This document shows positions 28,860 through 32,380 of a stretch of DNA of 32,380 nucleotides, piece by piece. Numbering within the stretch: position 1 is the stretch's first letter; the number at the start of each line of letters is the position of its first letter. A program made the translations under genes and the position numbers. Source of the DNA: Myxococcota bacterium (GTDB lineage: Bacteria > Myxococcota > SpSt-1050); NCBI GenBank assembly GCA_049969675.1, contig JBMFOP010000029.1:1-32380 (forward strand). Direction: 5' to 3'. The notes under the pieces are model-generated. The model searched no databases and was not told where the DNA came from. It saw only the letters and a program-made list of their open reading frames with translations.

Positions 28860-29997
28860 TTTTTAATATCTCCCTTGCTATAACTATGCGCTGAATCTCG
28901 CTGGTTCCTTCATAGATTGTTGTAACTCTCACATCCCGGTAATACCGTTCAACATTATACTCCTCAATATATCCATATCCGCCGTGAATCTGAATAGCCT
29001 CGGCACAGACCTTATTTGCGATCTCGGTTGAATAGAGCTTTGCCATTGATGCCTCCTTTGTATAGTGCCTCTTCTTCTCCTTTAGAAATGCTGCCCTGAG
29101 AGTGAGGAGTCTTGCCGCATCAATCAGGGTGGCACAGTCTGCTATCTTCCATTGAATTGCCTGAAATTCGCTTATCTTCCTGCCAAATGCTGTTCTATCA
29201 AGTGAATATTTTACCGCTGCCTCCAGTGCAGCGTCTGCAATGCCAATCGCCTGTGAGGCTATACCTATCCTGCCACCATTTAAGGCCGTCATACCTATCT
29301 CAAATCCCTTCCCCTCAGATGCGAGTAGATTCTCTGCCGGGACTGCACAGTCACAGAAGTCAAGAGAGACTGTATTGGAGGCTCTCAGCCCCATCTTCTT
29401 CTCCTCCTTGCCAACTATCAACCCCTCTGTCCCTCTCTCCACCACAAAGGCAGATATCCCTTTCTTCCCTTTTGACTTATCAGTAACCGCATAGACTATA
29501 ATACAACCGGCATAGGCACCACTTGTTATAAACACCTTATTCCCATTGAGGATGTATTTATCGCCCTTCTTCACGGCGGTGGTCCTTATTGCACCTGCAT
29601 CCGAACCGGCGTGGGGCTCAGTGAGCGCAAATGCACCTGCCACATATTCACCAGATGTAATTTTTGGTATATATCTCTTCTTTAAGTCTTCGCTACCATA
29701 TTGATTGATAATCTCTGCAACCATATTTGTAACAGACATAGTTACGGCTGTGGACGCACACGCCTTTGCTATTTCTGACAGTGCGAGCGAATATGCCACC
29801 ACCCCGGACCCTGCGCCACCATACTCCTGAGGGATATTTACTCCCATAAGCCCAAGTTCTGCGAGCCTCTTTAGAATCGCCTTAGGGAAGTGCCCTTCTC
29901 TCTCATATTTTCCTGCAACAGGGGCAATCTCCTTTCTGGCAAAATCCCGTGCCATATCCTGAATCATCTTCTGTTCTTCTGTGAAATCAAAATTCAT
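28849..29997 (-). CDS. Short-chain acyl-CoA dehydrogenase (butyryl-CoA dehydrogenase-like)
   Basis: FALTEPHAGSDA, KVFITS, GRIGIASQA, QIHGGYGY, IYEGTSEIQR. Confidence 0.93.
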   Translation of the reverse strand: MNFDFTEEQKMIQDMARDFARKEIAPVAGKYEREGHFPKAILKRLAELGLMGVNIPQEYGGAGSGVVAYSLALSEIAKACASTAVTMSVTNMVAEIINQYGSEDLKKRYIPKITSGEYVAGAFALTEPHAGSDAGAIRTTAVKKGDKYILNGNKVFITSGAYAGCIIVYAVTDKSKGKKGISAFVVERGTEGLIVGKEEKKMGLRASNTVSLDFCDCAVPAENLLASEGKGFEIGMTALNGGRIGIASQAIGIADAALEAAVKYSLDRTAFGRKISEFQAIQWKIADCATLIDAARLLTLRAAFLKEKKRHYTKEASMAKLYSTEIANKVCAEAIQIHGGYGYIEEYNVERYYRDVRVTTIYEGTSEIQRIVIAREILKNAG

Positions 29998-30009
29998 TGT
30001 TCCACCTCA

Positions 30010-30792
30010 TCATCTTCCCTTAAATTGTGGTGCCCTCTTCTCCAGAAACGCCCTCGCCCCTTCCTTCTGGTCCTCTGAGCCAAAGAGCGTAATAAAGCAG
30101 AGTTTCTCAATCTCATTCGCGGTCTTAAGGTCGTGATCCATCCCGAATATCATTGCACGTTTTGCTGCCTTAATTGCAAGGGGACCTCTCTTCATTATTG
30201 TCCTTGCAACCTCCTTTACCTTTGTCATAAGCTCTGCCTGTGGAAAGACATTATTCACAAGCCCTATCTCCTTTGCACGAGAGGCCGGGATCTTTTCGCC
30301 AGTGAAGACCAGTTCCTTAGCAAGGTGTCTCCCGATCAATCTCTGTAATCTCTGAGTTCCACCAAACCCCGGAATTATTGCGAGTGTTACCTCCGGAAGA
30401 CCGAAAAATGCGTTTTCAGAGGCATATATCATATCACAGGCAATCGCGAGTTCCGTCCCTCCTCCAAGCGCATATCCATTCACAGCGGCAATCACAGGTA
30501 CAGGGAATGCCTCAATCGTATCCATCACTCTCTGTCCAAGGTCTACAAATGCCCTCGCCCCTTCGGGTGTGAGTGTTGGGAAGGTTGAGATATCCGCCCC
30601 TGCAACGAATGCCTTATCTCCCGCGCCAGTAAATATAAGAACCTGCGTCTTATCATTATTCTTTATTTCATAAAGGGCGCATTCTATCTCATTTAATGTC
30701 TCCACATTTAAGGCGTTCAGAGATTTTGGTCTGTTAATTGTAATCGTAAAGATCCCATCTTCAAAAGTTACAATGATATTCTTGTATTCCAT
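30010..30792 (-). CDS. crt: Enoyl-CoA hydratase (crotonase)
   Basis: NRPKSLNALN, AFVAGADI, NGYALGGGTEL, PEV..IIPGFGGTQRL. ATG 30792 has an AAGGAG SD. Confidence 0.9.
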   Translation of the reverse strand: MEYKNIIVTFEDGIFTITINRPKSLNALNVETLNEIECALYEIKNNDKTQVLIFTGAGDKAFVAGADISTFPTLTPEGARAFVDLGQRVMDTIEAFPVPVIAAVNGYALGGGTELAIACDMIYASENAFFGLPEVTLAIIPGFGGTQRLQRLIGRHLAKELVFTGEKIPASRAKEIGLVNNVFPQAELMTKVKEVARTIMKRGPLAIKAAKRAMIFGMDHDLKTANEIEKLCFITLFGSEDQKEGARAFLEKRAPQFKGR

Positions 30793-30807
30793 AGTCAAAA
30801 CTCCTTT

Positions 30808-31656
30808 TTAATACTTATAAAAACCTCTTTTTGTCTTTCTACCGAGCCACCCTGCATCTACATACTTTCTTAGAAGCGGACAGGGCCTATATTTGCTCTC
30901 CCCAAGCCCTCTGTGTAAGACCTCCATAATAGATAGACAGGTATCCAGACCAATCAAATCTGCAAGGGCAAGAGGCCCCATCGGATGATTGGTACCAAGT
31001 TTCATCCCATTATCTATATCTTCTGGGGTCCCGAGCCCTTCATAGAGGGCATATATCGCCTCATTTATCATCGGCATAAGTATCCTGTTTACAATAAAAC
31101 CGGGCGAGTCCTGTGAGGTTATGCAGACCTTCCCCATCTTCTCAGCAAGTGACTTTGTAGTATTATATGTCTCATCATCTGTTGCAAGCCCCCTTATTAA
31201 TTCTACAAGTTGCATAATCGGGACGGGATTCATAAAGTGCATACCTATTACCTTCTCAGGTCTCCTTGTTGATGATGCAATCTTTGTAATTGGGATTGAG
31301 GATGTATTTGTGGCAAGAATTGCGTGTGGCGGTGCTATCTCATCCAGCTCCTTAAATATATTGAGTTTGAGTTGTTCATTCTCGGTGGCTGCCTCAATAT
31401 AGATGTCACAATCCCTCAGGTCAGATATCTTTGTATAACATGTTAAGTGATTCATTGCAGAGTGAACCTGTTCCTCCGTGAGCCTCCCCTTCTCCAGAAA
31501 TTTTCTGAGAGATTTTACAATGTTATCTCTACCTCTGTCCAAAAACTCCTCTTTGATGTCCATCATCTTTACATTAAAATTGTATGTCATTCCGACCTGG
31601 GCAATGCCAGAGCCCATCTGCCCCGCACCAATGACTGCAATAGTCTTGATATTCAT
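30808..31656 (-). CDS. hbd: 3-hydroxybutyryl-CoA dehydrogenase
   Basis: VIGAGQMGSGIA, ATNTSS, GMHFMNP, PGFIVNRIL, HPMGPL.LAD.IGLD. Confidence 0.95.
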   Translation of the reverse strand: MNIKTIAVIGAGQMGSGIAQVGMTYNFNVKMMDIKEEFLDRGRDNIVKSLRKFLEKGRLTEEQVHSAMNHLTCYTKISDLRDCDIYIEAATENEQLKLNIFKELDEIAPPHAILATNTSSIPITKIASSTRRPEKVIGMHFMNPVPIMQLVELIRGLATDDETYNTTKSLAEKMGKVCITSQDSPGFIVNRILMPMINEAIYALYEGLGTPEDIDNGMKLGTNHPMGPLALADLIGLDTCLSIMEVLHRGLGESKYRPCPLLRKYVDAGWLGRKTKRGFYKY

Positions 31657-31705
31657 AATTAGGCTCCGTTTATGTTGTAAAAACCAGCCCTCTTCGGGCG
31701 GAGAT

Positions 31706-31734
31706 ATATTATTTTATATGTGAGTTATAGTCAA
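31706..31734 (-). promoter_or_regulatory. sigma70-type promoter for the hbd operon
   Basis: TTGACT (31734-31729), 17 nt, TAATAT (31711-31706). Same hexamers as the tRNA-Leu promoter. Confidence 0.65.
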
Positions 31735-31817
31735 GATAATATACGAGGCAGAGCAAAGCTCCACCATTAAGGCTATTGCCATGAGCCCTTACGGGCTTAT
31801 GTCTAAACGGTGCTTGA

Positions 31818-32380
31818 GGTTCAGATAAAACTGTGTCTGTGTAATTTTTTCTTGCATCATTTGCAATCCTTTAAATCCCACTTGGTTCAGATAAAACAGA
31901 TACAATAGAGTTTTTCAAAAATGCTCCAAAACATAGTTTAAATCCACTTGGTTCAGATAAAACTTGTTTAACAATTTACGAGCGCAAAAAAGATCTCTCG
32001 TAGTTTAAATCCACTTGGTTCAGATAAAACCAAACAGCGAAAAATATTAAAGCTAATTTGGAAATACTTTAAATCCCACTTGGTTCAGATAAAACCATCC
32101 TCTCTGAATGCCTAACTTTGAAATCTCATTCCTTTAAATCCCACTTGGTTCAGATAAAACATATATCCAGATATAAATCTACCTTAATTCTGGACTTGCT
32201 TTAAATCCCACTTGGTTCAGATAAAACTCAGGCTGATTTTTTCAAGTTCTACTTCTATATTTTCCTTTAAATCCCACTTGGTTCAGATAAAACGAAAAGT
32301 TAAGTCAAGTTAATTGGGGGGAGTTGTATACTTTAAATCCCACTTGGTTCAGATAAAACTTGCCAGCGTAATAGCAAACA
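31818..32380 (-). CRISPR. CRISPR array, trailer end, continuing past the right edge. Repeat GTTTTATCTGAACCAAGTGGGATTTAAAG (29 nt).
   Basis: Consensus repeats start at 31869, 32067, 32132, 32199, 32265 and 32331. There are 28-nt variants at 31936 and 32003 and a half repeat at 31818-31831. Eight distinct spacers of 36-39 nt. Orientation is inferred from the ATTTAAAG 3' end and from degeneracy at the low-coordinate end. Confidence 0.98.

Noticed and set aside
4627..31723. Many 60-130 aa ORFs antisense to, or nested in, long genes
   Set aside because: They are shadows of well-supported genes with no recognisable motifs
31657..31817. Possible cobalamin riboswitch upstream of the B12-dependent operon
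   Set aside because: No B12-box-like conserved sequence is visible, and the leader after the predicted promoter is only about 45 nt
31964..32198. 6-bp inverted repeats inside two spacers (TACGAG/CTCGTA and TCCAGA/TCTGGA)
   Set aside because: Too short to separate from chance
31832..32380. Self-targeting spacers
   Set aside because: No match to the window was noticed by eye; a proper alignment is needed to exclude it

Overview
A low-GC chromosomal window, probably from a Myxococcota/deltaproteobacterial genome. That placement is inferred from the Cys-rich lipoprotein, tandem PEGA proteins, HRDISPQN-type Ser/Thr kinase, ftsB next to a dmxA-like cyclase, and the PPIase-surA-pdxA block. Minus strand, from left to right: a Cys-rich repeat lipoprotein running off the left edge (missed by the ORF track), a GT-C glycosyltransferase, tadA, a membrane protein, a GAF-GAF-GGDEF cyclase, ftsB, a 5'-truncated lipase remnant, a GT4 glycosyltransferase, dtd, lysA, lysC, and a five-gene exported-protein cluster containing three TPR-PEGA paralogues. 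Plus strand: tRNA-Leu(CAA), three PPIases, pdxA and uvrA. Minus strand again: a Cys-rich gene tail joined to a Nif3-like gene head (deletion scar), a Ser/Thr kinase, and an hbd-crt-acyl-CoA dehydrogenase-cobO-mutase operon whose mutase has isobutyryl-CoA mutase residues (F89/Q207). The window ends in the trailer end of a CRISPR array with a 29-nt repeat. The array has variant repeats, a conserved base near one spacer end, and a structured trailer segment. No cas genes, integrase or transposase are in the window. All protein calls are from motif recognition by eye; no searches were run.
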